A DNA stretch of 64,000 bases from Zygnema circumcarinatum SAG 698-1b (taxonomy: Eukaryota; Plantae; Zygnematophyceae). The DNA lies in assembly GCA_037447605.1 (NCBI GenBank), contig CM074808.1, positions 1,798,001-1,862,000 of the forward strand, read 5' to 3'. The notes under the pieces were generated by a model. The model saw only the letters and a program-made list of their open reading frames with translations, ran no database searches and was not told where the DNA came from. Positions within the stretch are counted from its first letter, which is position 1. The number at the start of each line of letters is the position of its first letter. The translations under genes were made by a program, and so were the position numbers. Below are positions 21,201-36,000 of the stretch, piece by piece.

Positions 21201-24200
21201 ATGGAGTTGCACTTGTCCAAGCCCAATGGATGCCTTGTTCAGGGCAGCCATGGCTGACAGTGCGGAGCTATATACGAAGGTGGAAAGCATACGTGTAGTT
21301 GCTGCGACATGGAACGTGGGCGAGGGCCGCCCATCTCAAGAAACTCTGCAAAAGTGGCTGTCATATGTTGCACAACGTGCTGGGATCGTCGCTGTTGGGC
21401 TTCAAGAAATGGAGACCGGGGCCGGCACAATTGCCCTTGCAGCAGCCAAAGATGCAGTAAGGATTTCCACTAATTTCGATTGTAGTTTTTAGAGGGTCAC
21501 ACGAATTAAAATCTGTCTTTCAGGAAAAAAAGTGGCTCTTGTTGCTGAAGCTTTGTTGAGTTGTAAGTAGCACCTATGCTACTGAAGGCAAGCCCTTGTG
21601 CATGGGAGCCATCTTTTTATTTGGCCTGTAGTTTGATTATGGTTTGCTTCTGACTAATGAGCCTGTTGTGTTTTGTCGGCAGGTTGGAATGGGCTTACAG
21701 GAGATCGTCAGTGCCAACGCGAATTGGTGGTTGTCAAACATCTCAACCGTGCTTGGGGAGAACAAGTTCGTGCAAGTGGCATGGCGGCAGTTGGCCGGCA
21801 TGCTCATTGGGGTCTGGTCTGTATCTCCGTCTCCTGAAGGGCATCCTATAATTGTTAACGTTCAAAATGCATGAAGCGTCCATATGTGTCGTTCAGGAGC
21901 TGAATGGAGGGAATATCGACATGTCTGACATCCAAAACTCAGTCACAATGACAGAAAACCTGATGAATGGGATGTATGCAAAGTGTTCGCTAGTGGCAGA
22001 AGCTTTGCTGGCAGAGCTCTGTGATGATGCCTACTTCTGACATGTCTTAAAGATGCGTTAAATTGCAAACCTAAAGAAGCATGACGAAACGTGAGATTTC
22101 TTATACATTTTTTATCCCCTCGCAGCAAAGGAATACGAGTGATTCCACTCAGTATATGACAGGGATACTCTCGATGACTCTGATAGTTTTGTGGCGTGGA
22201 ATGTTAGAAATAATGCTGAAGGGTACAAGCTTTGCTGCGTATGGGGCAGGGTCCTGAAGGACTTAACTTCGCACCTCGGAGAAGTGGAGACAGGAGCAGT
22301 CGGCCGCGGGTTTGGGCGTGCTCTTGGAAACAAGGTGAGTGATTGGGGGCAAGAGAGGAAAGCTACAAGATGTTGTGCAGTGTTCCGCATGTCGAACCAT
22401 CCGATCAAACAGTGTAATGGTTGGAAAATTTCATGTTTGCGAACGTTGTCAACCATTGGATTCAATGTTTGACAAGCATTGCCAATGGTTGCAAACATGG
22501 AATTTAATGGTCGACAACCATTGCCACTGGTTCGAACCATTTGTTGGGAACTTTTTACTTGTTTTTCCTTTTCACTTTGCGCAAAAAGGTGATTATATTA
22601 GTGGTGTAATGGTTACGGCGCTTAGTCCTTGTTATAGGGTTGAGACGCGAGTCTGAACCTCTGGTAAATTTTGCCCTTTTAGTAATAGTTTGCCAATTGC
22701 AACCATTGATTGGTGGGCCCAGCCAACCAGTGCCGATGGTCATTGGCAACCAATGGTTTACATATTTGTCAATGGTTGCAATCATTGATTGGCGGACTCA
22801 ACCAATCATTGCCAATGGCTGCAATCCTTGGATCAATGGTTGCAGCCATTGATTGCCAATGGTTGTCAAGCATTGATTGCCAATGGTTGTCAAGCATTGA
22901 TTGCCAATGGTTGTCAAGCATTGCCAATGTTTGTGAACCATTTGCCAGCCGGTTTGGCAAAAAGCGGTTGGCCAATGTTTGCTGATCCAATGGTTGGCCT
23001 CATCATCGTTCCACCATGCCGAAGATAAGAGTGTCGCCAGCAGGTTTGGCCCATCGTTTGTTTCCTTCTTAGAGTGAATGTAACTATAGACCATTGTCGG
23101 GTCTATCGATTGTTTTATGCTGAAACAGATAAACTATGTAAACCATCTCTAGTCGGGTTGCTCGAATACTTCTATACTTGCGGTGAAAATTAGTGAGAAG
23201 GTGTTCCCGGAATGGGCCGCTGCAGGGCGCTGTGGCTGTGCGAATGTCGATCTACCGCAGAACTGTATGCATTGTTAGCAGCCATTTAGCCGCCCATCAA
23301 GAAGCTGTGGGGAGGCGGAACGAGGATTGGCTGAGAATCTACCACCGAATGGTTTTTGGACGGACCCTCGGAACTGTGGGGGCCGCCGCCACCTCTGTGG
23401 CACGGGTGGCAGGAGGTGAGGATTTACATGGACGCATTTCATGTAGTCATGGGCTATAGGAGTGTACTAATAGAGTTACAAACGCATTGATCTTTGTTCA
23501 AAGTGAGCAATACTGTACCTTTCAATTGCGTAAAAGGACAGGAAGCAGTAATAGAACTCGATCGCCACTTCAGGTTTCAATGTAAATGGTTGACCTTATG
23601 GTATGACCATCCGTTGCTGGGTCGCATCTATGTGCCTAGTAGGAAGCTATGAAGCTTATGGTCGGTGTGGTTCACTAAGTCACGACATGGGGGAGAGGTC
23701 AGTGGGAGTGAAATCTGCTGTGCAGGGAATTGTGAAGGCAGCAAAAGAAGCCCATGCCCGGCGAGGCATGAGCCGCCTGACTACACCCGATATTGATGAC
23801 GATACCGAGCTGGATGACCTGCCAGATGTCGCCCCTCTAGAGGTCAGTCTGCTGCCAGATCACTCGCTCAGAAATGTGGACAGCAGGTTTGTTACTCAGA
23901 ATGTATGTTTGAAGAGCAGCTGTCTCTGCTGCTGCTTCCTCTATCGATCAGAATAATGGGTTAAAAGCTCTCTCAGTGATGGTGGTGAATGGAGTGAGCT
24001 TACCTGTGGTAGCCTGACTATGGGTTACTAATACTGATGTTTGTATATGGGGAGGAAGTGTCTGTTTTGGTTTCAAGAAGCTCTCATGAGGGTTGCTCTT
24101 TGGTGTGGCAGGAGCAAGATGACATCAAGGATGCCCTTCCCCCTGAAGTGCTTGACAGGTGCGACCTGGCGGAGGCAGACCTGTTGGTGTGGATGGGGGA

Positions 24201-25925
24201 CTTCAACTATCGTCTCGACAATGTGACCTTTGAAGAGGCTATAGATCTCATTCAGCAGAAGCGCTATGATCGGTTGCTGAAGAAGGATCAGCTCATGCAG
24301 GAGATGTCTTTAGGGCGGTCCTTCCAGGGCATGAGGGAGGCCAAAATCACCTTTCCACCCACATACAAGTTTGATCGTGGCGAAAGAAATGTCTTGGGTG
24401 AGCCCTCTTTTTTTAGTGAGCTCCCTTTAATTTCGTGTTTGGGATACGGAGAGAGTTGTGTGAAAGTGGTCTGCTCCACATTTTGACGCAGCTGCATGCG
24501 ATTTCTACACTGTGATGCTGTAAGGATGCCGGCCATGTTTCTGTGCCCCTAAAGTTCTGAATTGCTGTGAGCAGCATATGACTCGAGCGAGAAGCGACGC
24601 GTGCCTGCATGGTGTGATCGTGTTCTGCTTCGTGACAGCAGCGACTTTGAATTCACAGCTCCTGCCAGCTTGTCTCAACCTATCAAAGCGACTTTTGCTC
24701 GGTGAGTTTGAGGAGGCTTGTTCAGCCAATTTCATGAATATCTGCTCTTCATCCACAGCTTACGGATATGTCCTGACTCTTCGTTTCTGACATGCTCTTT
24801 GAATAGATACGAGGCCTTGATGGAGGCTGTTGATTCGGACCACAAGCCTGTCCGCTGTGTTGTGGATGTGAACCTCGCTGTTGTGGACGAAGCTGCGCGT
24901 CGCAAACTGTACGGACACATCTTGTACAACAACCCCGAGCTGCAACCGGCTCGAGAAACTGCCTCAAGAGTTCCGCAGATAACCACCTCCCCGCGACTGA
25001 TTCTGTTGGATGGGCGGAATGGTGCTGTTCTTCGCGTGACAAACGAGGGCAAGGAAGCAGCCCTCTTCTGTCTGCAAAGTGAAGGGCAAGTGCCGGCAGA
25101 GCACTGCGTGTGCGGACTCAAAACTCATGGGAGGGTAACAAGCCAACCTCAGCGGCTTGGACGGGGCTTCCCCAGCTGGTTGCAGGTGGATGCTGATTCA
25201 CACTTTTCCAGTTGCGAATGTCACAATGCATCTACCGTTGTCGTCTGCAAAGTATTATGTAGCAATGCAGCTAATGAAGTCAGACTTCAATAGCTGCTGC
25301 ATTCTGTTCTACCAGAGGTGCTACCTGTTTGATGTCATTCGAGGAAATCTTCGTCTCGCAGCTACACCTTTGTCGGCGTGCTTGTTGTTTTTGAAGTGCT
25401 GAAGCTGACACCATCTTGACATTTCCGGAGTTTGGATGGCAGTTGGTGCCTGCAGCAGGGGTCATCCCTCCCGAGCAGACAGTGAGCATCGACGTTCTCT
25501 ATGCTGATCGCGGTCCCGAAGGAACAATAAGCAATGGCTTGCGCGGGGAGGCGGCGAAGGACAACTCTGTCCTGCTTGTGTTGGAAACGAGGGGGGGCCT
25601 TGGGGCTGCCAGTCGGCAGCAGCGCATATGCGTCTGCCATGGAGAGATGGCGAGTCGGCTTCTGAAAGAAAGCTCCTCCGCTCGGTTGTCTCCTGCCACT
25701 CTGCGCGTGCCAAGCTCAGGCACATCTTCGCAGCAAGCAGAACGTAAAGAGCCTATTGATACCGCTGTGAGGTCGGCCTCAGCTTCCTTGCAGCCCCCAG
25801 CTGCGGTGAACTCCAACCAACCTTCTCCAGCTGTTTCCAGTGCCGCTCAATCGACCAACCAGCCGGCAACTCCACCAGTTAAACCTCCTGACGTTTCCTT
25901 CCCTGATCTGGTGTTTTGGGACTGA
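18221..25925 (+). CDS. Inositol polyphosphate 5-phosphatase with WD40 repeats (plant 5PTase12/13/FRA3-like)
   Basis: Exons 18221-20039, 20252-20513, 20664-21456 (IRVVAATWNVGEG; VAVGLQEME), 21683-21816, 22250-22334 (GFGRALGNK), 23226-23415 (SHLAAH), 23643-23842, 24112-24397 (WMGDFNYRL; FPPTYKF), 24575-24701 (PAWCDRVL), 24807-25185 (SDHKPV), 25443-25925. WD-like segments LWSGHADGAVRVW and VWVGYANG. Confidence 0.95.
22390..23100. mobile_element. Intronic member of the AACCA/TGGTT palindromic repeat family
   Basis: Dense aaccattg/caatggtt modules, including a 24-bp tandem (cattgattgccaatggttgtcaag x3 at about 22847-22920), inside the 890-bp intron 22335-23225. Boundaries are approximate and mobility is inferred. 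Confidence 0.65.
22595..22670 (+). other. Degenerate tRNA-like sequence (A box and decayed B box)
   Basis: TGGTGTAATGG at 22602-22612 fits the Pol III A box. GAG-TCTGAAC-CTC at about 22648-22660 resembles a T arm. The acceptor stem pairs poorly, so this is not a functional tRNA. Confidence 0.4.
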
Positions 25926-27261
25926 GAGTCTTCCATCTGCAACTCAAACTTGTCAATTTACGTCTGGAGGCATGGGATGAAGAGTCGAGGAAATTCAATT
26001 TAGATTAGTGTATGTGAATACATTGGTTAGGTCTATATCCCTTTTTTTAGGTTATCGTATTTTTTTAACTCAGTGCTGACTTTAGAACACCTTGTCGTTA
26101 TTCCATGTACACCCCCGAAACTCCATTTTGTTTGTTATCCGGCCGTCATGTATGAATAGCCTTGAAACGTCCTTGCTATCGAAGTTGAAGATATTAGTTA
26201 TCGTGCTCGCCTTACAGTCTAGGCCCTTTTCGTAGCTTTCATTTGTTGTTGTTATGCATTTCAAGGAGAGTACATCGAAGTACTATACTTTCCGCCAGCT
26301 ATTCGGTACGTCTTGCAGCAGCAAGTAGGGAGGAAGTTTGTTCAATAAGAGGTTTTTGATGGATGCAGTGTGTACAGATGCATGGCAATCATCGATGGGT
26401 TAACCCTGTGTAGATGTCTTTCGTCAACCGAGTGCTTCTCAAAACATTAGCGATAAGGCAGGTCGTGCCCTGAACCGAAGCTCACCTGTATTGCTCAGTG
26501 GTTCCTTTTGCCATGTTGGATATTGCTGTCGGAAACTGTAAGACAGGGCCAACGCCTGCAGTCTTTGCCGCCTCCTCGATGCGTTTGTGTAGCGCACAGC
26601 AGTTCTGACTGACTCAGCACGAAGGTCGAAAGAAAGGTTCTACCGAGGTCCGGAAGGTCCGCGCGTGCGTTTTTGCCATCTTCTCTGTCAGTCCCACCAC
26701 AGCTCTGAGCTCTGCTAGACTCGCCTCTGCTCAATGGCACATCAGGGACGCGCCGCGGCAATTGTCAGCAAGCATCAAGTGGCAGCTTTGGAGTACCCCA
26801 AGGATTGCCACAAAGTTTAGAAGGACATGAAGGCAACGACTATGCAGTGACACTAGTGGAGAGCCAAGAAAGTAAAAAGTGCTCAGAAATGGCACAACTA
26901 CAATACCGCAACATATAGTGAATGCATTGGCCTGCACGATTGCCGGCTGAAGCTGCAGGCATGAAAGTTGATGCACTTAGAGAGACAACCCATGGGGAGA
27001 GTTTGTACGTGAGCAGCATCAGAGCGCGAAGAACGAGCATTGAAGGAGCCTCTCGCATAATCAACAGGAAGGTCTCAATTTTTTATCGGACACAAAATAA
27101 AAATACAGAGACATAAGCTATCCGATTTAGTTCTGCACACAACTAGATGCCAGGAATTGTGCCTGTAATATGGTGGTTCCGCCCCTGTACGTGCTGTTTA
27201 TTTCTTCCTTCCTGGACCAGTACAGCCGTGAACCTTATCCACGGTACCCTAACAATACGCC

Positions 27262-29499
<2,238 letters not shown>

Positions 29500-29879
29500 G
29501 GCCGCGCGCTCGCCGCTCTCCGCCCGCGCGAGGGACGGGCCATGGCGGAGGGGAGGGCCTCGCACGTGTGAGCTTGGCGGGGGCGCTGTCCACGTGGCCA
29601 CCACGCCTGACACCCGCAGGCTCGGGACGGATAACTCAATATCGAGGAATAATATCGATTCCAATATAAATGAATACGGTACGGTAAGATGAGATACGAT
29701 ACAATAAGGGTGCGTTTTCCAACATTTTAACGAATGCTGATGTGGTTCAGCCTTGCTGATGTCACGTGCGAAGGGTTGAGCGGGTTCGCGATAGGCGGCG
29801 CTAAATAATTCAGATCTCACTTTCGTGCCCGAATAGAAAAATGGGGTAGACTAGAGAGATCCAAATTACCAACGAAATA

Positions 29880-30590
29880 ACGACACGTGGCACTCCGTGC
29901 TTTGCCGACACTTGGCATTCGTGGTTCAGACTGTGCCACGTAGACGCCACATGGCGCCTTCTCTTTGGTGGAAGTGGCGCCCTCCGGCATTCAGCCGGCT
30001 CACACGTTTGTTTGAACAGTTTTTATTCAACATCGTTCAACAGGTTGAATGAAGAAACTTTGTTTCGGAGGTTTGCGAACTCTCCGCCGCGGATTCCAAC
30101 TTTTTCATTCAACTAAGTTGAACCATGAACACGCACCCTAAGGTCCTACTTCCTGCAACCTCCTTCAAACTTTGCTGACGCGGTCCAACTTTGCTGACGT
30201 AATCGCGCAAGTGCGAAGTGGGGCGTTGAATGAACCTCTCTAAATTCGGGTCTCGCCTTTGTACCCGAATATCAAAAATGGGGTAAATAAGGAAGTTTAA
30301 TTCCAATGAAAAACGGACACGTGGCATGTCACGCTGCGCTCGGACATTTCGGGCAGCCAATCGGGCAGCTTCGAACAGCTCCGGCATTCGTCGTTGACGT
30401 TTCGGAAGTGCCACGTAGACACCACGTGGCATTTTCTCGTTGGCCCTAGCGACACCCTCCGGCTTTCACCCGCCTTCCAACCGGCTCGCACTTGGCGGAC
30501 GGTTGAAATTCAGCAGTTGAAAACTTCGTTTCCGAGGTTGCAAACTTTCCGCCTCAGTTTGCAACTTCGGAGCTTCAACCGGTTGAAGGC
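29880..30590. repeat. Diverged direct dimer, period about 470 bp, rich in ACGTGGC/CCACGT motifs, upstream of DHAR
   Basis: gtgccacgtagac(g/a)ccac(a/g)tggc at 29933 and 30408; aaactt.gttt..gaggtt at about 30055 and 30521. Confidence 0.8.
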
Positions 30591-33024
30591 GCTTTTTGGG
30601 GACTCTTCAAACCTGTACGGGACTCCTCGTGCTTTGCCTTTTTCCAAATCATACGACTTCTTCCTTTCCCTACCCGGTTGTAATAAAACTGATTATTTGA
30701 AAAAAAAAAAAAAGGGTTGAGATTCAGAGATTGAATGAGATCGAGAACGACCTTTGTGGCGCAGGTAGCATCGCGGATGTAGAGGAGGCTGGTTTGACTT
30801 TGATCCCCCCTTTAAGAAGCTAAAAGAGGTTGTCCCTTCACCCTATTGCCCTCAAGAGGGCTTCTTCGAGTACTCCTCGGTAGTCTGGACTGCATGGAGA
30901 GATATTGCTTCGGCAAACTAGTAGAGAAGAAGAAGCCTTTCATCACACCTCCTGTACACAAACGCCAAACTTTTGTATGGTAGCCTCCAAAGCAACTTTT
31001 TCACCTCCTTTGGTAGAGTCGACTCTCAAAAAGTCACCCGAAAAGCATCTCCTCTCACGAGCAGCTCTTACTCCAAACCATCTTAAAGTGCCCGCCAACG
31101 CACCGCTTACTCATACTTCTCTAAGTGGAAGCGGCAATGTAACTATGAATGAACCTCTGCCATGACACCGGCCATGGCCGCCTGTAGGCTTGGCACTAGC
31201 CCAGTCACCCCCAGGTTGGTTCTGTCCTCTGCCGGCCCGTGGAGAGCCTTCCCTCTGCCCTTTCTCTCTAAGCTGCTGCGACAGTCCCACTCCTGTTTTG
31301 CCTCAATCCTGCCAAGCGCCAAATGTAAGTCCCCAATCGAGGTATGATTCAACTCGAGGTGTCCATGGCAGAAACAAGGTGAAGTCTAGCTGGCCTACAG
31401 TGATTCCATGGGCTCACAGGCTTCCATGCACGAATGTAAATGGATGTGGCGCAAAAAGCCACCTGGAAGCACACAATTCTCGACCCACTTGGAAGGGTAC
31501 CCTTCCCACGAAGTCCGGTAAGAAGGGCGCTTGGCAGCTTAATTGCGCATGCCACATGTAAAGTTGGTAATCGTCTGATCGTAATTGATCCACGAACTGC
31601 TTAAACGGCTCCGCACTGCAGCCCAAAAGTAGACAGTATGAATAGATCTATGAGCTGGAAATAAAATTTATACTGGCATCAAACTCTAGCGCAAAGCGAA
31701 AGACATTCTGGGAAACGTCTCAACAACTGGCAAAATTACATGAAGAATTCTCGACAGTATTGTAGGTGGCAATGGGTACACCATCCGCCTCCTCTTAGAC
31801 ATTCCAGCGATGGCTCCCCTTTTTTTCCCAACTTGTAGAATTCACGAAAAGGGACCGGGAATCATTTTAGGGTCATGTAATCCGCACCACCAGCAAAAAA
31901 ACTTGTCATGCTGAGGGCAGATGCTGATGCTGTACCAAATAACTTATTGAGTCAAGCCTCTATCGAGACGGAAAGAGACGAAACCCCCTACTTCATTCAA
32001 CAACCCAAAAATACAGGAATGGATCCCCATTGCGGCAATGACTTAGATGTCTTCATCGGCCCTCCCACGAATCTGGATCTCCTGGCAGCCTTACAATGCA
32101 ATCATCTCACTTGTGCGCGCCCTAGATAGAATGTCGTCATATTCACACTATTTAAACCAGTTATCATCCGGCGGTCCATCAGGGCCTCGACACTCAAGCC
32201 GGAAATGCAATTCTCATCGAAGGTCGATATTTAACGTCTCATTGAGAAGACCTACCTTCACTTCAAGCGTACAGAACAGGGCATCTTCACTCGAGCTCCC
32301 ATGGAGCTCAGCAATCTGCTTACGAGATTCTTGCAGATAGTCGCAGACACGCTGTTCCCAAAGGTGCAAGCATATATCGTTCCCAGAATGTCAAGGTAGG
32401 AAGTAGAGGCAAAGGGGAAAGAGAGAAGACATAAAGTTTGTAGGAACATGAAAGACGTTGAAGCACGCATCTGTACGAGATATGAGATAGGGGCAAGAAG
32501 CAATAGAGAAAAGCAAGAATTGGAGGTGTCTAACAGGAGGCGAGAATGGGAAATCAGGAAACCAAAGCTGTTAGGCATAGCAGAAAAGGCAGCAAGAGCT
32601 GGGGGTCAAAAAAACGAAAGCATGGGAGAGGCAGCCAGAGGACGTGAAAGGAGAGAGGGTTTCTTCTGTCTCTCTTTCAATACTGTCACAAGCAAGCGAA
32701 AACCTAAGCAGAACATACACTAACCAAGACAGCACCGCGAAATTTCCTCTAACCCCACCTCGCCCTGCCTGCAGGAGAGGGTGAAGAGAGAGCGAGAGAG
32801 AGATGGGGCCGACGCAGGAGCAGCGCGGGAGCACGGGGCCGCCCGAGCGAGCGGGCGCCACCTGGCGCCGTACACTCCCTCTCCCCCCGGGAAGCATAAA
32901 AGCGCAGCGGCGGAGAGCGTGCGCGGAGGGGGGGAGGGAGGAAGGCGGGGAGGGGGCGAGGGAGGGAGGAGAGGGAGGAGCAGGTCCGCGGTGGCAGGCA
33001 GGGCGGGCAAGCTGCAGGCCCGCC

Positions 33025-36000
33025 ATGCCTCTGGCGGTGGAGACTCGCAGCTCCGTGGAGAGCTCTGCGCAGCAGGGGAGCAGGCTGCTGGCGAGAGGCC
33101 CATACGACGGCAGTGACGAGCTGGAGAGGGGCATGGTGGCAAGCGCAGGGAGGCTGCAGAGCGTGCTAGGAGGCAGCGAGGGGAGGATACACTCGTGGCT
33201 GCAGGAGCGTGTGAGTGAGGGAGACAAGCAGCACGCAGACGTGGTGACCGGGTTGCTGCATGGCATCCTCACAGACGCTCAGGCGGGCTCCAAGCTGATG
33301 GGCTACATGACGTCGATTACAAGGGATGGCTATGCAGCTTGTTTGGCCACATTGCAGCGTCTGGTGATGGAAAAGTGGGGGAAGCTGTTGGAAGGCTCGC
33401 GGGCACAGATTGTATGGATGGTGAGGCAGCTGGTTCCGCTGGCGGTGAATGAGCTCGACCAGCTCTGCTTTTGTCTGCTGCGGCAGGTGGCAGGGGGAGA
33501 CTTGAGCCCCAGCAATGTATGGCTTGCGTCTCAGCTGCTGGACATTCTCTGTAGCAATCGCACCTGGGTGTACAGTAGTTCCATTCTACTTACCACAGCA
33601 TTGTATACATTTCTGCGCCTTCTCCCAGACCATGCAAGCGCCCGTGCGCCAGGTTTAGCGGAGCTTAGGCAAAACGAGGCAGCTTTTTGCTGCCAAGTCC
33701 TCAAGGAAAGGTTTCAAGACTGCCTGGTGATAGGACGAGACCTTGTGCGGTTGCTTCAGGACGTTGCAGCCTTGCCTGAGTTTGAGGCTATTTGGAGGGA
33801 CCTTTTAAACAATCCAGCAGGATTTCAGGCTCCTTTCTCGGACCTTGCACAGCTCTATGTGGTGAGAACCCCCACACGCTACTTGACATCAAGGGTCACT
33901 CCGGACATGGAGACCCAGCTGCGCTTCATGCTTACGCATGTGCGCATGGGCAACCAAAGGCGTTATCAAGCATGGTTTGCACAGCGCTTCCTCGCAACCC
34001 CTGAAAGTGAGACTTTAGTTTGTGACCTTATTCGTTTTATCTGCTGCACTGTCCACCCTCCCAACCAGATATTGCAATCTGACATTGTGCCGAGATGGGC
34101 TGTTGTCGGTTGGCTACTAAAATGCTGCAAGAGCTCCCACGTCGAGGCAAATGCCAAATTAGCCCTCTTCTATGATTGGCTCTTCTTCATGAGCAAGACA
34201 GATAACATCATGAATATCGAGCCTGCCATTCTCCTCATGGTTCACTCCATTCCTAAATATGTAGACATGACCAATTCTCTTCTTGACTTTCTCTTCCTCC
34301 TAATGGAGAATTATGACACTCAGCATAAGGATCTCATCCAGCGGGGTGTAGCAAGCTCTGTGGATATTTTGGTGGGGAAAGGCGTAGTGCGCTCTTTAGA
34401 GCCTCTGGCGACCAGTCCTCTTGTTGCACAGGTCCTGCGTGATAAGTTGCATTCCTACTTTCCTGCTCACTGCAAGACATCCGACATTTCAGTGCCCCAT
34501 CCCATTCTGCATCCTTCTCCAGACTTGGCGAGGTCAGGGCACGTTAACAACCTGATTAGTACCGGGCCTCCTGCAATTGGCGACACAGGAATCGGTTCGC
34601 AAGGTTCTGGGCCCACGGCAGGGGGAGGAAGGACGGTGCAAGGAACTGAAACTTCCGTAGGGGCCTCCAGAGAGGGGCCGCAAGGATCTGGCCAGCCAGG
34701 GGTTGGACGGGGAAAGCCAATGCAGCCTTCGCAGCCTGTGTTGAATGTGGAGAAGGGTTTAGGAGGAGGGACAACCCCGGGGAAACGCAAGCGTGGAGTT
34801 TCTGTTGAAGAGGCTTCTGCTGAGTTGAAGGCCTCTTTGGATTGGTTTGCTGAAGCAGTTAGTACGGGGGTGGATACTGCTGTCCCTGCCCTTGAGCAGG
34901 TACTGCAGCTTTACACCACAACATGGGATAGCCTAGGAGACGGGTCTACGGAGAAGCGCGCACGTGGTTCTTCAGGAGGACTTCTAAATGGCCATCTGAA
35001 CCATGTGTTGGAAGCTTCAGCCTTCGCCCCATCCTCTATGGCACAGCAATTGGCAGAGATAGTGGGAAAGGCAGGCTACCAGCTGTTTGCACCATTACGG
35101 AAGATACCGAGCAATGAACCAGAGGCTAACGAGACAGGCTCCCTGACTTCCACGATTCTACGGCTGTTCGTAGTGACACGACATCCACAGCTTCGTCGTA
35201 TTCTTCTCCATTGGCAGGCACAAGGGCGTAATGTGAACCCAAGGTTGCTCTGCCATGTTGCCCGACTAGCAGAAGAATTGGAGCAGGAGGTCCCCACATC
35301 AACGACGGTAGATGGCCTCAGCTCCAACGCCCCAGCCGAGCACAGCGCTGATGGAATTGAGGGAGAGGGGCAAGAGAACAAAGGTGGACTTATTTTAGAG
35401 TCAGATAATTTCATTAAGACCGAAGGTGGGAAAGGCCTCGGAGGGGCTGAGCTGCTGGAGAGTGCAAAGGCGGAGAGCATAGCAGTTCATGAACGAGGCC
35501 AGAGTGGGGCCAGTGCAGGACCATCGTCGGAAGGTGGACAGGAGGAAGAAGCAGATGGAGAAGCTCCTCTCAATAAAGGGTTTGATAGAGGATCTCGTCT
35601 GGGAATACTGAACATGGATCTGCACACGCATGGGCAGGCTGCGGTTAAGAAAGCATTCCAAGCGTATGAGGAGTTCCTACGCGATGTCGGAAACGGGCCA
35701 CCGTTGCCACACACAAGTGCAGCTGTGGGATTACGGGGATCAGCTGATGGTGCGGCTACTAAAGTGAAAGGGGAAGAGGGTGAAGGAGGCTGTGAGGAAA
35801 GAGCAGTTTTACTTTTGAGCGCGCTGGAAACATGCTTGCTCTGGAATGCATATCGACTACTGCGAGTGCTGCCGTCAGTCTTTCGCTACCTCCCACACAT
35901 GACTTCAGGCCGGGAAGCAGTCGTCAGACTCCTGCTGGGAGTGGCTGATCCACAGGAGATAGCGGCTATAGAAGCATCTCTTGCACTAGGGGAGTATGAC

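Noticed and set aside
21852-22040. 62-aa ORF inside a 5-phosphatase intron
   Set aside because: The flanking exons join correctly without it (IGVW|VLKDLTSH), and it ends in a stop.
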